Notes under the pieces: generated by a model | Told to the model about the DNA's origin: nothing | The model's database searches: none | Seen by the model: the letters and a program-made list of their open reading frames with translations, nothing else | Assembly (NCBI RefSeq): GCF_009914755.1 | Contig: NC_060938.1 | Direction: 5' to 3' (one strand) | DNA from: the human T2T-CHM13v2.0 reference genome, Homo sapiens | DNA length: 64,000 bases | Made by a program: the position numbers and the translations under genes | Part shown: piece after piece, positions 11,101 through 24,144 of the stretch | How positions within the stretch are numbered: position 1 is the stretch's first letter | How the letters are laid out: the number at the start of each line of letters is the position of its first letter

Positions 11101-13770
11101 TAAGTGGCTGTACCTCATCCTCTTACAGGCAAAAGAGGACAAGTAATAACCTACCATAAGAGCCCAGAAAGGGCCTGGCTCAGGGTGCACTCAACTGATG
11201 CTTCTGTTCAATAGGGATTTTGCTTTCTGTTGAGGCCATCTGTGGTAAATGGGATGGCAAACACAGCCACAACTAAAGAGTGTGACTTAAGTAGGAGCTC
11301 AGCAAATGATCATTACTATCGCAATGGCACCGGGGGAGCGGGTCTGTATGGGTACTGTTGGTGCCCCATGCAGATGCCCTTTATGCAGCCACTGCAGAGC
11401 ACCAGCTGCTGAGAGTGCTGGCTGTGAACACTCCAGCTGTCCCCTTTCTGTGGAGAACTGCCCTTGGCAGATGAACGTCCACTTGGCTTGGGGGGCAGCA
11501 GATTGCCGATAAATGACTAGTTCAGGAGGAACGAAGTCTTCAAGGAGCAACTCTGTGGATGTGTTTATGCTCCAGAGGCCCTACCCTACCCTTGGAGCAG
11601 GTCATGGCCTAGCTTGACCTGAGACAGTCTCCTTGTTAACTCCTCGCCTGTCCTGCAGCCCTCTCTCCTTTATCGACCTATCCTGAAGAACTTTCTGTCA
11701 CAGTGAGTCATGTGGCCTGGGTGGAGATCCATGTCTAGCCTCTGCTTTGCAGGAAACCTGACCTCAGATAGAATCACTGCAAGAAAGGTTGCCATAGGCT
11801 GCGTGAACAAGGCCTGCAAATCTTTATGGAGAAGTCAGTGGTTCACCCAAGACTGCCATGATGAGTAGGAGTTTGGTGGAGGGTCCAGGCAAGGAAAAAG
11901 CATTCTAAGAAGAGGGAACAGCATATGCAAAGATACTTACCGCACCTCCTTCACTGTGAAATGGGCATGTTCTCCTCTTTCTGGCTTCTGGGGTTGGAAT
12001 GTGTCTTACAATGGAAAAGCTGTTCCTGAGGATGATAGCTTACCTTCAATGGCAATTACAATCAAGGAACTACGTTAGGAATGGCATGGACACAAGGAAG
12101 GTTTTAGTGCACTGAAGAGTTGAGTGGTATACCAGATTCATTTCTACATGATTCTCTGACATTCTTGAAGAGCTAAGCCCACAACCCCAAACTCCTAAGG
12201 CTGTGTAGATGCAGCTCTGTGAACTGAGATGTTTCTAGATCTTAGCTGTATCTCTCTCTGGCTCTTAAATAGAAATGGCAGGGCCAGCATTTGGTTGTGA
12301 CTTCCTTAAGGATCCAAGACCTCAGTCAATGCGGGGGGTAGGGGGTGGGAGGGCAGAAGCAAACCTGTGACCTCAAGGCAGTTGGCATGAGGAAGTCAAG
12401 CTGTCACCTTCCCCTTTGGCCTGAGAGGATGTAGATTTCAGTGACACTGGAGGAGTGACTTGCTCATCTTTCCCTCTGGCTCCCATTCTTTCCCATGCAC
12501 TGTAGTTCAGGGTGAGACCAGCACAATACATGGCTCTCTGTGGGTCCCATGGCTCCAGACCCTGAAAGTCCCTTCATGCCAGCACATGGAGCCTTAGCAT
12601 TGTCTTTGGCACATCTTGGTTTGACAACTGCATGTTTCCTTCCTTGGCTAAATATATTGCTCCTCATCCCCCAATACTACCACTCAAAGGCATGAAGATG
12701 CAACAGATCACACACTTTAAATATTTGTAGCTGTCAAAGTGGCCCTTTTCAAATGATTTCCCGAGAATATCTATCTTTTGTGGTGATGGGAAACACTGAG
12801 CTGGTTTTATACAAGATAAAAACCCACAACTGTCTGTGGTCATCTTGGGACTTGGTTGCTTCCTGGCCTCCCATTGGGGATGACCCGTTGCCTGGAAGTG
12901 GAGGTCTTTAGCCCAGGGGATGAATCCATGAAGTTAGGCCCTGTTGCCCCAAGCCCTGATGACTCACAGTGTTGTTATACCATCTCCCTCTTGCACACTA
13001 TGTGGACACATTTGGGGAGTTTCTTGTCTCCTAGGGACTTATTTCCACCAATAATATATTTCCAGGGACTCTGGAATCCAGAACTGCTCTCTTTATCTTC
13101 CCACCGTGGCTTGGTTCACCCTAAAGAAGCAAACCAGTGCTACACATCTGTCAGCTAAAATTCACAGAGCTATTTGGAAGCAAAACCAAGAAAAACAAAA
13201 CTGATTAGGGAAAGATCTGCTTTCAGAAAACCTATTTCTGTCACAGGGGGATGGATAAATAAAATAATGTTTCAATAATTTATGCAGCCTGCACGCGAAA
13301 AAACATTGGAAATGTGAAATGAGGACGACACATAAAGAACAACCGAAGTTGATAGCTGCTTTAATCAGTTCGGTTGATAATTCTAAAATAAATTGGAAAA
13401 ATCAGTCTTGCTCTCAGCTTTTGAATGATGATGGGATGGTAGGGGGAATGTGTGTTCTTTTGTCCTGCAAAATGCTTATTCTTATTGGGTCTTGCCAAGG
13501 ACACAATCCTCAGTCCCCAGTGGATCCCATCCCGGGTCAGCTTTTCTCCTGTCTTCACCATTCCATGCATGGTGTGCATGTTTAGCCCCCAGACCTGCCT
13601 CCCTGAGCGTGCTTTTCATAGAACAACTCAGGACTTCCTCATGGATGAGGCTGGTGGGCCATTGGAAGAGCGGGTTTGGAAGTCTCTTATTTTTCAGAGC
13701 CTTCCACCTCCCAAGTCAGCACTGAGCTGGTCCTGAAGCACCTGTGGGAAAGACAGAGAATCCCTTCTCA

Positions 13771-13875
13771 CTGTTCTGTTCTGTTCTGTTCCGTTCCGTT
13801 CCGTTCCGTTCCGTTCCGTTCCGTTCCGTTCCGTCCTGTCCTGTCCTGTCCTGTCCTGTTCTGTTCTATTCTGTT
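13771..13875. repeat. Compound pentanucleotide repeat (CTGTT)4(CCGTT)8 CCGTC (CTGTC)4(CTGTT)2 CTATT CTGTT
   Basis: Read directly; 21 in-phase units. Confidence 0.97.
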
Positions 13876-15289
13876 CTTGCCTAGCAAGTCAAATATCCAG
13901 GTATAATAGGAGACTCTAGGAAAACAGAAAAATAAGACCTGGGTCTCGCCCTTAAGGATGGTGGTGTGTATAATTTGAGGTTCGCTTAGTAAGATTGGAC
14001 CTCAAAAGTGGCTGTGTTCAACACACCTCATTCTCTAAACCAGATACTGGTGGTCCTCTGTTGTCTTAACCTGCGGAACTCCTTTGCTGGCCTCCTGTTC
14101 ATCGCCAGCTCTTCCTGGGTAGGGATACTGGCTGAGCAAACATCCTTCCAGCCACATTAGAGTCCATGGCAAGGCATGAGCACAAGGACAACTCTTCTGA
14201 ATCTACTGCTGGTGGGGAGATGGCCTTGGTGTCGACACATGTAATCACAAGGTAATTCAATTTCACTTGATGATCCATCCTCACAGGCAACTGGGAAGCA
14301 ACCTGTTGGGTATCCTCTCCATTTCTGGAATTAAAGGAGAGCCAGTTGACTCCCTTATGAGGATGCCAGGGCAGGGAAGAGGGAAATCCAAGACACAGCC
14401 AGAGTCATAGACTCCCAGAATGGGAACCCACCCTTGACTCCCTGAACTCCCATGGTAATGGAGAGAAGACGGAAAACAGTATGGTGCCCAGAAGCTCAGA
14501 GCCCTGTTTTGACAGTCTAGCATCACAGGAGTGGCAATATGACTTCCCAAGCTTGGCTTAAAGGAACGCATGTGGACAATGCCTTTCATAAGGTGAAAAC
14601 TCATTGGCCTGCTGCTGTATTTCAGTTCGTGGCTACTTCATTCTGCCACCCTCCATCACCACAACAACCAGCATCCCATGACCAGAGAGGTGAGGGAAGG
14701 CCTGAAGGTACAACCCTTGCCTTCAGTTGAGTGAAGCTTATCTTTGGCTGTGCTCCAGAGACCGAGTGCCATATAATATCCCCAAAAGTACTGATGAGTT
14801 TCTAGGTGGTTGGAAGGGCTCCTGCCAGCTTGACTTCATGACTAACACTTGAGACCATGCCTGACTACCTTCATGTCCAGCACTAACAGATCAGGTACAT
14901 ACCAGAGGTCTTGAGTGTCTTGCATACCTTTGTAGCTTCAGACCCTAGAAGAGTGCCCAAGTTTGTTGAGTCGGAGAATGAATGCACATTCCAACCAGGG
15001 AAAAGGGATGTGGAAACCATCTAGGACAAGAGGCTATGCAGGTTTCCCTGTGTGACACTGTTTGCTAGATATAAGATGGCCCAGGATGTGAGAAGCCAGG
15101 ACCTGGGGAACTCATGTAAGAGATATAGAGGGCAGGTTATGAATTCAGACTCTCCTCCCTCTGCTTCTTCCCCAAGTTTGGTTCTTACTCAAATTCTAGT
15201 TTATGATCTCCCCTTTTAATCATGTTTAATTATCATCCAGTCAATACCTCTCTCCTTCCAATGCAGATATGCTTCCTGCAATAGTCCAC

Positions 15290-15620
15290 ACGAGTGATCA
15301 ACCAGCCTTCTGTCATATTTGCAGTGACAGAGAGCTCCTTACCTTCCAAAGTAGCTCAGTCTGTTGTTGGGCATGCCTCTATTACAATGCACAGAAATCT
15401 GCTCTGGCCATTTCTACCTTCTGGTTCTGAGTCTGACCTCCAAAAGTCTCTAGGAGCCTGATTTACCCTGTCCCAACTCTCAACATTCCTTTAAGTGTTT
15501 GATGACAGACATCATGCCCCTGAGTCTTTGCTTCTCAAGAGAAACAGTCCCAGTTCTTACAACAGTTTCTTGCATGATATGATCCTTGAGACCCTTCATC
15601 TTCTGGCTATGTCTTGAAGC
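15290..15620 (-). mobile_element. L3/CR1 LINE fragment
   Basis: Degenerate CR1-like text (cttctcaagagaaacagtcccagttcttacaacagtttc, tctggttctgagtctgacc). Confidence 0.5.
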
Positions 15621-17253
15621 ACAATGTCCCACTAGGGGCAACCTTAAAGTAAAATGGGGCTATCTTGTGTTATCCCCTTGACCCAGATGATGGTGAGAGG
15701 AGTTGGCTGAGCCAATTGACTTTTCTCTCTCAGAAGGGATCTTTGTACATGTGTCCACCTGCACGAAAGCCTTGGGTACCAGTGTAGTTTCTCTGCTTGG
15801 ACATCTGCTATTCTTATTCCTCTGGGAAATACCACAGGATTGACCTGAGCCTTTTGTAGTCAACCTATTTTATTCTCCTTGTTTGGCATTGACTGGCCTA
15901 AGTGGGTGCCTAGTAAATGTTAGGGGAATGAATAAATGCATTTAGGTGCACAACCTTGGCACACTCAAGACCGGTCTGAGAGCAAGTGCTTAAAAAAATT
16001 CCTGGGCCCCAAGAGCTCCATGTTTCAGTCACATGATGGTCTGACAGGGATGCTGGAGTCTTATCTCTCATTCTTTCTGTCTGTCTGTCTCTTTCTGTTT
16101 TTTGGAGTTCAGCTCTCTTTTCCTCTCCAAGCCCTCCCTTCCTGCCTGGCCCCTTTGTCGACACTTGATCATTTACATCAAGTTGACATTCGCAGAGTTT
16201 ACTCAGGGGTCTGTAATTGTATTCTTTCCCTGGTTCTGCATTACCAACCATGAAAATGGAATCTTATCATCCCTGACCAATTTTTAATGTACAAAATGAT
16301 TTGGCTGAGGTTCAAAGGGAAGCACAATTGAAATCAGGTGAATGATACATGTAGTTTTTTCAGTTCCTCCGTGCTTAGATTTGATTTTTTTTTTCCGGTA
16401 TAGCATAGAAGAAGTAGATTATTTTTGCAAGTTATATAAGTGCATTTCTGTGCTGTGTAGGTATGAATCTTTATACATCTGAAAGCACGAATATGTATAT
16501 GCATGCATGTTTGCTTGTATTACCATACTCACATTTCACATGTGTGCACCTATTTAGACATAAGCAAACAAATATAATTATATTGTTTGCAATTTTATTG
16601 ATGGCAATCAAATTTGCAATGATCCTTAAAATGTATTCAAAGCACCCAAGGAGCTAGTGCCCAGGATTAATGGCTGGAATATTCAAATCAAGCTCTGACA
16701 CTCCTTTGTTAATTCAGAAAGGAACCCCCAGGGAGAAAGTGGCACTCTCTGGTTCTGGCCAGAATCATCCCAGTCTCGGATATACTAATGTGTCTACCAT
16801 GATGTGCTTTTGCAAATGTTGTTCTTGGAGTAGGCAAGAAACTGGAATGTTCTGCCAAAAAGTATAGAGATTTGGTAAGTGATTTGTTGGAGAGTATCCA
16901 GGACTGGTGCCCCTTTTCTCATCTTCCGAGATGAACTCAAGCAAGCAAACCTATGCACCTGGCTTAGAAGGGCAAAGGCGTTGTTTCCCCTCCAAGTTTC
17001 TAGCTAGAAACCCTTTGCATAGAGCAAAGGGGCCACTGTTTAACAAGGGCCAGGCCTGGGGCTAGAGGGGAATCAGGCTGTATCACAGTGAACTTCCTCT
17101 GCAAGCCCACGAATCTGGCTTGTGGTTTTAATGTTTCTAAAGAGGAAATTGGGGACTCAGAAAGCTTCATGGTGATGGTAGAGTCCAGATTTGAATCTCT
17201 ATCGAGAGGGTTTCGAGTGTGGCCTGTGATTATCACTCTTCATGAGCCCCTGT

Positions 17254-18046
17254 TGAGATAGAGCACGGACACCTTTTAGGAGCCTGCTGGGACCCCCCTA
17301 AGCATGCAAATACAGGAAAAATCTTGAGTTCCTTCAAGGAAAATTCCAGGCACCTTGTTAGTCTTGAGAAGTAAATGAGCAACCTGACAAACAGGAAGGT
17401 AGTAGTAACTTAAGCAATCATATTCCAAGCGAGGAAGGCTCACAAGGTGTTTTTGTTCCCTGTAGAAACAAAAAGATAACATCTTAACCCATGTTCTTGA
17501 GTTGTTTTCAGAAACCCACATCCCCACTGGATGGAAAATGCCCACTGCTCTCATGTAGACCTCAGTAAGGGGGAACTGAGGACTGAACTCTTTGTTCTAA
17601 ATTTTTTCCTGTGGGGCCTGGAGAGAGTGATGTCCACAGGCCAGACCTTAACATTCCTTTCTGCTGACCCCAAGCTTTTAGACAAAGCCTTGCTTCCTTA
17701 ACCAGTTGCAAGTGAAAGAATCTCTGAATCCATCTATGACCTCTAAGCCCCACTTCAAGGTGTCCTACAGTTTCGGGCTGAAGCAATGCATAACCTCCAT
17801 GTATTGATTTACATTTTTGCTGGTAACTTCTGCTTTCCTGAAATGTACCCTGTCTTAAAAACACCCATGCTTGTAAGCCATTGGGGAGGTTGGGTTTTAA
17901 GTATTAGCCGCCCATCCCTCTTTGCTTGGAGGGACCCTTGGAGACCCTGCAATAAATGTCTCACTTTCTCTCGCTGCAAATCCTGGTGTCAGTGTTTGGC
18001 TTTTTCTGTGCACTGAGCAAGCAGACCCAAATTTTGTTCTGTAACG
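17254..18046 (+). mobile_element. ERV1 solo LTR, MER39/MER49-like (exact family uncertain)
   Basis: About 790 bp, TGAGATAG...GTAACG; AATAAA at 17951-17956; perfect 4-bp TSD CTGT (17250-17253 / 18047-18050); gagttccttcaaggaaaattccaggcacc and taagggggaactgaggactgaactc blocks. Confidence 0.8.
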
Positions 18047-18109
18047 CTGTTGAGCAAACTCCCATCTTCATCTCAGAGAACATCATACTTGTGTCTAATG
18101 TTGGAGTCC

Positions 18110-18420
18110 CTGAGGAACTTGATCAAATCTCTCAGGATATCTTGGCAGAAAGGATGAGTATATGGGGGTAAAATACCAGGAGGTGTTAGGGAGTTATTGT
18201 TAACAATTATACTAGAGGAAATCAATCATTGGGTCAATGTCGTTGCTCAGGAAGGAATTCTGGTTGCGCCCAGGCCTCTGCCTCAGGCTCAGTCCAGTTG
18301 ATCATTTCTCCCAATCCAGATGAAGAAAGAGAAGGTTTCTTATCAGATTTGCAGCTGGTCCAAAGTGAGGATGTATTGGTTGATGATTCTAGACTTGAAA
18401 TGACCTTGATGCTTGGCATT
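18110..18420 (+). mobile_element. L3/CR1 reverse-transcriptase-region fossil
   Basis: ccagatgaagaaagagaaggtttcttatcagatttgcagctgg resembles the CR1 DLDE...LIKFADD coding segment, heavily decayed. Confidence 0.45.
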
Positions 18421-18728
18421 TTGGGTCTAAGTGATCAAGACAGATCACATACTGCCCAGAAGTTCCTAACTCACTGAAACATCTGCCTCAAATTCCAAAT
18501 ATCTCCACAGTGCCACTTACACACACAATATTCACTAAGGGAAGGAACTATGGGTAATAATAACAGTTATTTACTGAGCACCTTTTTTGTGCCAGGCACC
18601 TAATCAATTATCAGTCTCTTTTTTAATTCCCCCAATATTCTCTAGTATTTAAAAAAGGTAGGTCACTTACTCAAAGTCTAGGGATCTTTGGAACAGTCAA
18701 ACCAGAATTTGAACCCAGATATTGGGGC

Positions 18729-18900
18729 CCAAAGTTTGCATTCCATTTGCTGTGCTGGGCAGCCTTCATGAGCTCAGCTCAAATGCCTTCTTTCTGCTCA
18801 GGGGCTGAGCTTGCATTCCAAAGTTTGTATTCCATTTGCTGTGCTGGGCAGCCTTCATGAGCTCAGCTCAAATCCCTTCTTTCTGCTCAGGGGCTGAGCT
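18729..18900. repeat. Tandem duplication: 2 x 83 bp (2 mismatches) with a 6-bp spacer
   Basis: Copies at 18729-18811 and 18818-18900, read directly. Confidence 0.97.
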
Positions 18901-20169
18901 CAAGTAGAGGAGCTGGGAAGGAGGAGCGCCTCAAGACTGGGTCATGGGAATTTGCAGTGGCCTTGAAAATGTCCATCCAAATGTTGGGCCAATCAATTTC
19001 CAATGTATCTCTGCAGCAACCCACAGTAGGGACCACCACAGTCACAACTACCCTCTACTAACCATCTGCAGGTATGTCTAGTTTATCCTCCTGACTAGAA
19101 GCTCCCTTAGGTGGGAGATGGTTCAGGAGTCATTTCTTTATGCCCAAAGAGCCTGCCCACGGCCTGCATGTATCTGTGGAACTGAATGGAAGTCAGCAAG
19201 CAGCAGCCCTTCAGATGCTCCTTCTCAGGCCCTGAAATTATGGGATGCTGTTTGTGGTCATGGATGGGATAACAGCTCTTTTGTTTATGAAAAGGAAACC
19301 TGTCACGTGTCTGAAGACATGACAGGGACTTGAATTGCAAAGCAGATGACTGCCCCTTGTGTAAAATGTGAAAGAGACACACAGCATTTTAGGAGGCATT
19401 GGCATCACTGTCTGTCCTGTGTGTGTGCCAGTGGCAGCGTTGGCCTGGACTAAGCATCCCTTCTGCACAGGCTGTGTGCATATTTCTGTGTTACACACAT
19501 AGACGTGTGTACACACATATACACTTGTAGATATGGTGCTGCTGCCAACAAAACATGGCAAGTGTGACTGTCATCTAATGAAACTACTTCTGTGTGCTTA
19601 GGAAGGGGTTTTATTAGTGCTTACTGAAATCACTTCTGGTAAATCTCTCTAACTGTGAGGAAGAAAACTATGTGTTATTTTCACCAATACAAGAATTAGA
19701 GGAGAGTATTTATGCTTACATAAGATTATGCTAAATTAGGCTTCTGATGTACAGCTATGATTATATAACTCTTCTATTCAAAAGCCTTTAATATTGTAAG
19801 TACAAATGGCCTTTATTTATTTTTTATGGTTATTTTTGGCAATCCAAGGTCCTCCATAATTTAAACCCAAACTCCTTCTGTAGCCTTGCCACCCCCTTAT
19901 CTCCAATTGCACCTGCACCCTGGTCACATGGCTCCCCCCCCACCCTTCCATCTGGGTCCTGCACTTTTCCAACTCTGTCCATGTGCCCAGGTTGCCAGGT
20001 TGTTTCCTGTGCTGGAGATGCATTGCTCACTTTGATCTGTTTCAGTACTGTCCATCCACAAAGACCATCTCACAGGCCTCCTCCTCCTGGAGCATGTGCC
20101 CATATTCTTGATCAGAGTGAATTGTTGTTACTTTCATGTCCCAAAGTACCTCGTTCCTGTCTTCTGCAG

Positions 20170-20410
20170 GTCATATCTTTTTTAGAGATTCCATTGACTT
20201 TGGAGTCAGAGAGTCTGTTTTTAACTTGGCCTCCGTTACTTATTAGCCATGTGAGGGGTTGGTTATTTAACCTCCCAGAGCTTGAGTTTTCTAAACTGGA
20301 AGATGGAGGAACAATACCTACATTACAGGCTTGACCAGATAGTTGCATAAGGTAACCTATGTAAAGTGTTTAGCCAAGTGCCTAGTACATAGTGAGGGCT
20401 CAAAACAGAT
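20170..20410 (+). mobile_element. MIR
   Basis: ttggagtcagag...ttatttaacctc...aaactggaagatggag...tgtaaagtgtttagcc. Confidence 0.75.
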
Positions 20411-20854
20411 TATTTACCTTCCTATTTATAATAGTTACTAGCTGCAAATGATAACTTCAAAATCTTAGTGGCCTAACAAAACGAGTATTTATTTCTGACT
20501 TGGGTTAATTCCTTAAAAATGAGTGTTAGGCAGCCTCTCATGCATGGAGTCAGGAATCTGGCTTCCACTTCAGCTCTGCACCCTTGAGGTGCCAGAAGCC
20601 TCGCCATTCAGCCAGAGGATAGGGAAAGAGCAAGTAGAGGGTTACTTGGCACTACAGGCCTTGGAGTGGCAGCTGTAGCTTTTTGCATACATTTCTTTGG
20701 CTTGATCTCAGGTACCTGGCCACATCTCTGGCAAGGAAGCTGAAGACTGTAGCTTAGTTATCTGCTGGGGAGAAAGAAAATGGAATTTGATAATTGCATA
20801 GCATGAGCTTCTACATTTATTGCCCTTCCCTTCCCCACCCCAAGAAGTTAGTGT

Positions 20855-21430
20855 TCATATTAATTTTCTGTTGCTATGTAGCAAGTTGTCACAAACTGGG
20901 CACCTTAAACCGACACACACTTATTATTCCATAGTTTCTATGAGTCAGCAGTCCAGGAATGGATCAACTGAGCTGAATCCTCTGCTCAGGTCTTACAAGG
21001 CTATAGTCAAGGCATTGACTTGACTGCATTCTCATATGAAGGCTCAACTGGGGAAGAACCGGCTTCTGAGCTCATTCATGTTCTCAGCAGAATTTATCTC
21101 CCTGCATCTGTAGGAGTCTTGGGGCAGTGGCTTTTTCTGGCTGACACCTGGAGGTCTCTCTCAGCTCCAAGAGGCTGCCTACAACTGCCAAAACTTCCTA
21201 CAGCCCCTTGTCATGTAAACTTCCTCAACATGTTTGCTCACTTCCTCAAGCCAGCAAAGGCCATCTGTAATATGAGTCTTAACTAGTTTAACATAATTAT
21301 AGGAGTGACTTCCCATCACTTTTGCCATATTTTATTGGTTTGAAGAAAGTCACAGGTTCTATTCACACTCAACTGCCGGGATGACACAAGTGTGTTAAGA
21401 CCAGAAGGTGGGGATCACTGGAGTCAGTTA
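20855..21430 (-). mobile_element. MLT1E/F-like MaLR LTR
   Basis: ggctcaactggggaagaacc, ccatcacttttgccatattttattggtt...aagtcacagg. Confidence 0.7.
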
Positions 21431-22119
21431 TAAATAGATCATGTAAGATTTCAACCTCAGAAAGTGTGCAGGACACAAAATATATAGAATTCATTATTTC
21501 TACCATCTAATGAACCGCTTAATGGCCACCTACTATGTGCCAGGTATGTTCCGATGCTGGGGATGAAAAAAATAACAACATTATGTGCCAGTTTGCTCTT
21601 GGATCCATTCCCTGCTATTCTCTGCCTTCTGCATTTCAGAAAATATTTTCTGAAATCTCTTTTTCTCTGGATTCCAGATAGATTTGGCCAATGGGAGGCA
21701 AGGATATAATATTGCTTCACAGCATTTATTACCTTCTAACAAAGTGTATAATTTACAAACTTATCTTTATTGTTTACATCTGTCTCTCTCCCTAGAATGC
21801 AAACTCCATGAGGTAAGAGATTTGAAGGTATTGTGTAAAAGGAATGGAGAACCAGAGTAATTTTACATTTTTCTATTTCTGGTGGCTTTTCTGCCAAGCA
21901 CTCTGATGCCATGGGCTACGATTCCAAAGCGCCTCCCAACAGGTGTGACTAAGTGAGGAATGAACAACCCAGGGTCTGTTCAGTAGCATATTCCTTGTGA
22001 AAACTGGGTAAAGGAGAGAGAACTTCAGAGGATAGATGCCCCAGGAGGACAATACCAAGACTAATGAATGAGCATGATGACAATTAGCTGCCATCCTGTG
22101 ATGGAGTAATTGATTGAAT

Positions 22120-22350
22120 AATTCGCTCATTCATCAAGTGCTTGCTGCGTGGTTCCTTTGTACCAGGCTCTGTTCTAGGATCTTGGGATACGATCACCAA
22201 ACAAAATACCTTCAAATCTCTTACATTCTAGAGAGCAATACAGACATGAACAATAAAGATACATTTGTAAATTATATACTTTGTTAGAAGGTAATAACTG
22301 CTATGAAGAAATATTAGAGCAGGGAAAGGGGGATCAGAAGGGCCCAGGGG
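22120..22350. mobile_element. L2 fragment
   Basis: cattcatcaagtgcttgct...taccaggctctgttctagg...cttacattctag. Confidence 0.65.
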
Positions 22351-23680
22351 GTGCAAGAGTGGGGCAAAATAAAAGCTTTTGGGGGTTAAGTCTCTTTCTC
22401 CACTACCTCTTTCCCTGGACTGGGGGGTTCCATGTGCATGGAATTCTGCTAATGATCTATTGAAGTCAGTATTTCTATCTCCACTTTGTAGATTAGGAAA
22501 CTAAGATTCAGAGAGAGCCAGAGACTTATCCAACCTGGCTCAGCTGATAGGTTGTAGAGTCAAGATTCAAATCTAGGTTTGCCTGTCTGCAAAGGTTTAC
22601 ATTTTATCGTTGTTGTTTGTTTTTTTCTTGTTTTACTATGTTGCCTCCTGTGGGTGCAGATTGCACTGCATGGATGAGACCTGGCTGGGAAGTCAATAGA
22701 TTTTGGTGTTAGCAAGCTGTGTGACCAGGGAACAGCCACCTTCCCTCTCTGGACCTCAGAGTGCTCACGTATAAAGTGATGAAATGGCAGAGAATGCTGT
22801 GCGTTCACCAAATCCCATCTTGCCTTCCTGAATACTCAGATTATAATTCCCAGTCTCCTTTGTACTTAGATGGGGCTGTGGAATTGTTCTGTGGCTTGTG
22901 CAGTGTCGGTGGAAGTGGGATAAACCTCTTGTGCAGCCCCAACTCACTCTCTCTGTGCTGGAGAGATGTAGGAGATTTGATGGAGGATGCTGAAGTCCTA
23001 GGAGATGTTAGAGCCATGCGATGGAAGAGTCCTGGTCCCCGAGTGACTGTATGGAACAGAGACCCCACTGCATTGGAACATGAGATAAGTGAGAAATAAA
23101 CTTTGGACACAGGTGTTATTGTCATGGTGATTGGCATATACAGGTCGGGTAGACCAGATGATAAGATTTCCAACTGTGCCTATGGAGGACCTTACTGGGG
23201 ATAGAGGTGGACAGGATCTGAATGCTCTGACTCCTGCTTTCAAATTAGACTTATTGTTGAGATTTTGCTGACAGAAGAGGGTCCCTAGTTAAAGTGAGAC
23301 TGAGAAACACTGGACAAGATAATTGCAATGACTCTTGCCCCTCTCAGTGGTTGAGTGATACTGAAATCTGGGCCATAGCCTCATCTCTGCTGAGGTTCCC
23401 TCTACCATGTCGGAGACCCTCATGTGTTTGGATGGGCTCCACTGGGCAGGTTCTGGGAAGGACAGATGGTGAGCAAATACTGACTTTGGACCAGACTATG
23501 TTCTACTCCCTACTTCTAAAGACTTTACATTTTAGTGGACAGAAAACATGGAGCCACGTATTTGAGAAAAATATTTGTGTAGTAGAAAAAAGCAGAACGA
23601 TTAGAAGGCGGAGGATTGAACTCTGGTCTGGCCCTCTAACTAATTTGCTGACTATTCTTGGGTCTCCAATTTCCTTTATC

Positions 23681-23755
23681 TCCTGGACTCAAGTGATTCT
23701 CCCTCCTTTGCCTCCCAAAGTGCTGGGATTACAGATGTGAGCCACCATGCCCAGC
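23681..23755 (-). mobile_element. Alu left-arm fragment within a MIR-type element
   Basis: ctcccaaagtgctgggattacagatgtgagccaccatgcccagc, flanked on both sides by ccaatttcct. Confidence 0.85.
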
Positions 23756-24144
23756 TCCCAATTTCCTCCTGTATAAAATCAGAGAATCACTGGATACATT
23801 CCAACTATCACTTTTGGTTCTTCAAATTTTTCTGATGCCATCATCTACAAAGCAGCTTTGTCTGGGTTGGTATCCAGAGTGATTATGGCACCTGTGTGCT
23901 CAGCTGATTGAGGACAAATGGGCAAGGACAAAGAACAAAACACTTTGTGGCTGCAGAAGCCACCTGTGTCCTAAACTTGCTCTGTAGACATTTTCTTTCT
24001 GTCCCAAAGAATATTGTAGCAACAAAACTTGACTTGTGTAGTACAGTACTTTGGTCTGGAGCTGGTGGGGAGATGGGGTAGCCATGGTTCTGCACTTCAG
24101 AGCCACCTTAACGATGCAATTCCAGGCTCCCTGCAAATTTGGCA

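Noticed and set aside
18229-18477. 82-aa ORF as a coding exon
   Set aside because: Better explained as decayed L3/CR1 reverse-transcriptase sequence
18729-18900. CRISPR-like or small-RNA interpretation of the direct repeats
   Set aside because: Eukaryotic context, only two copies, no unique spacers and no cas genes
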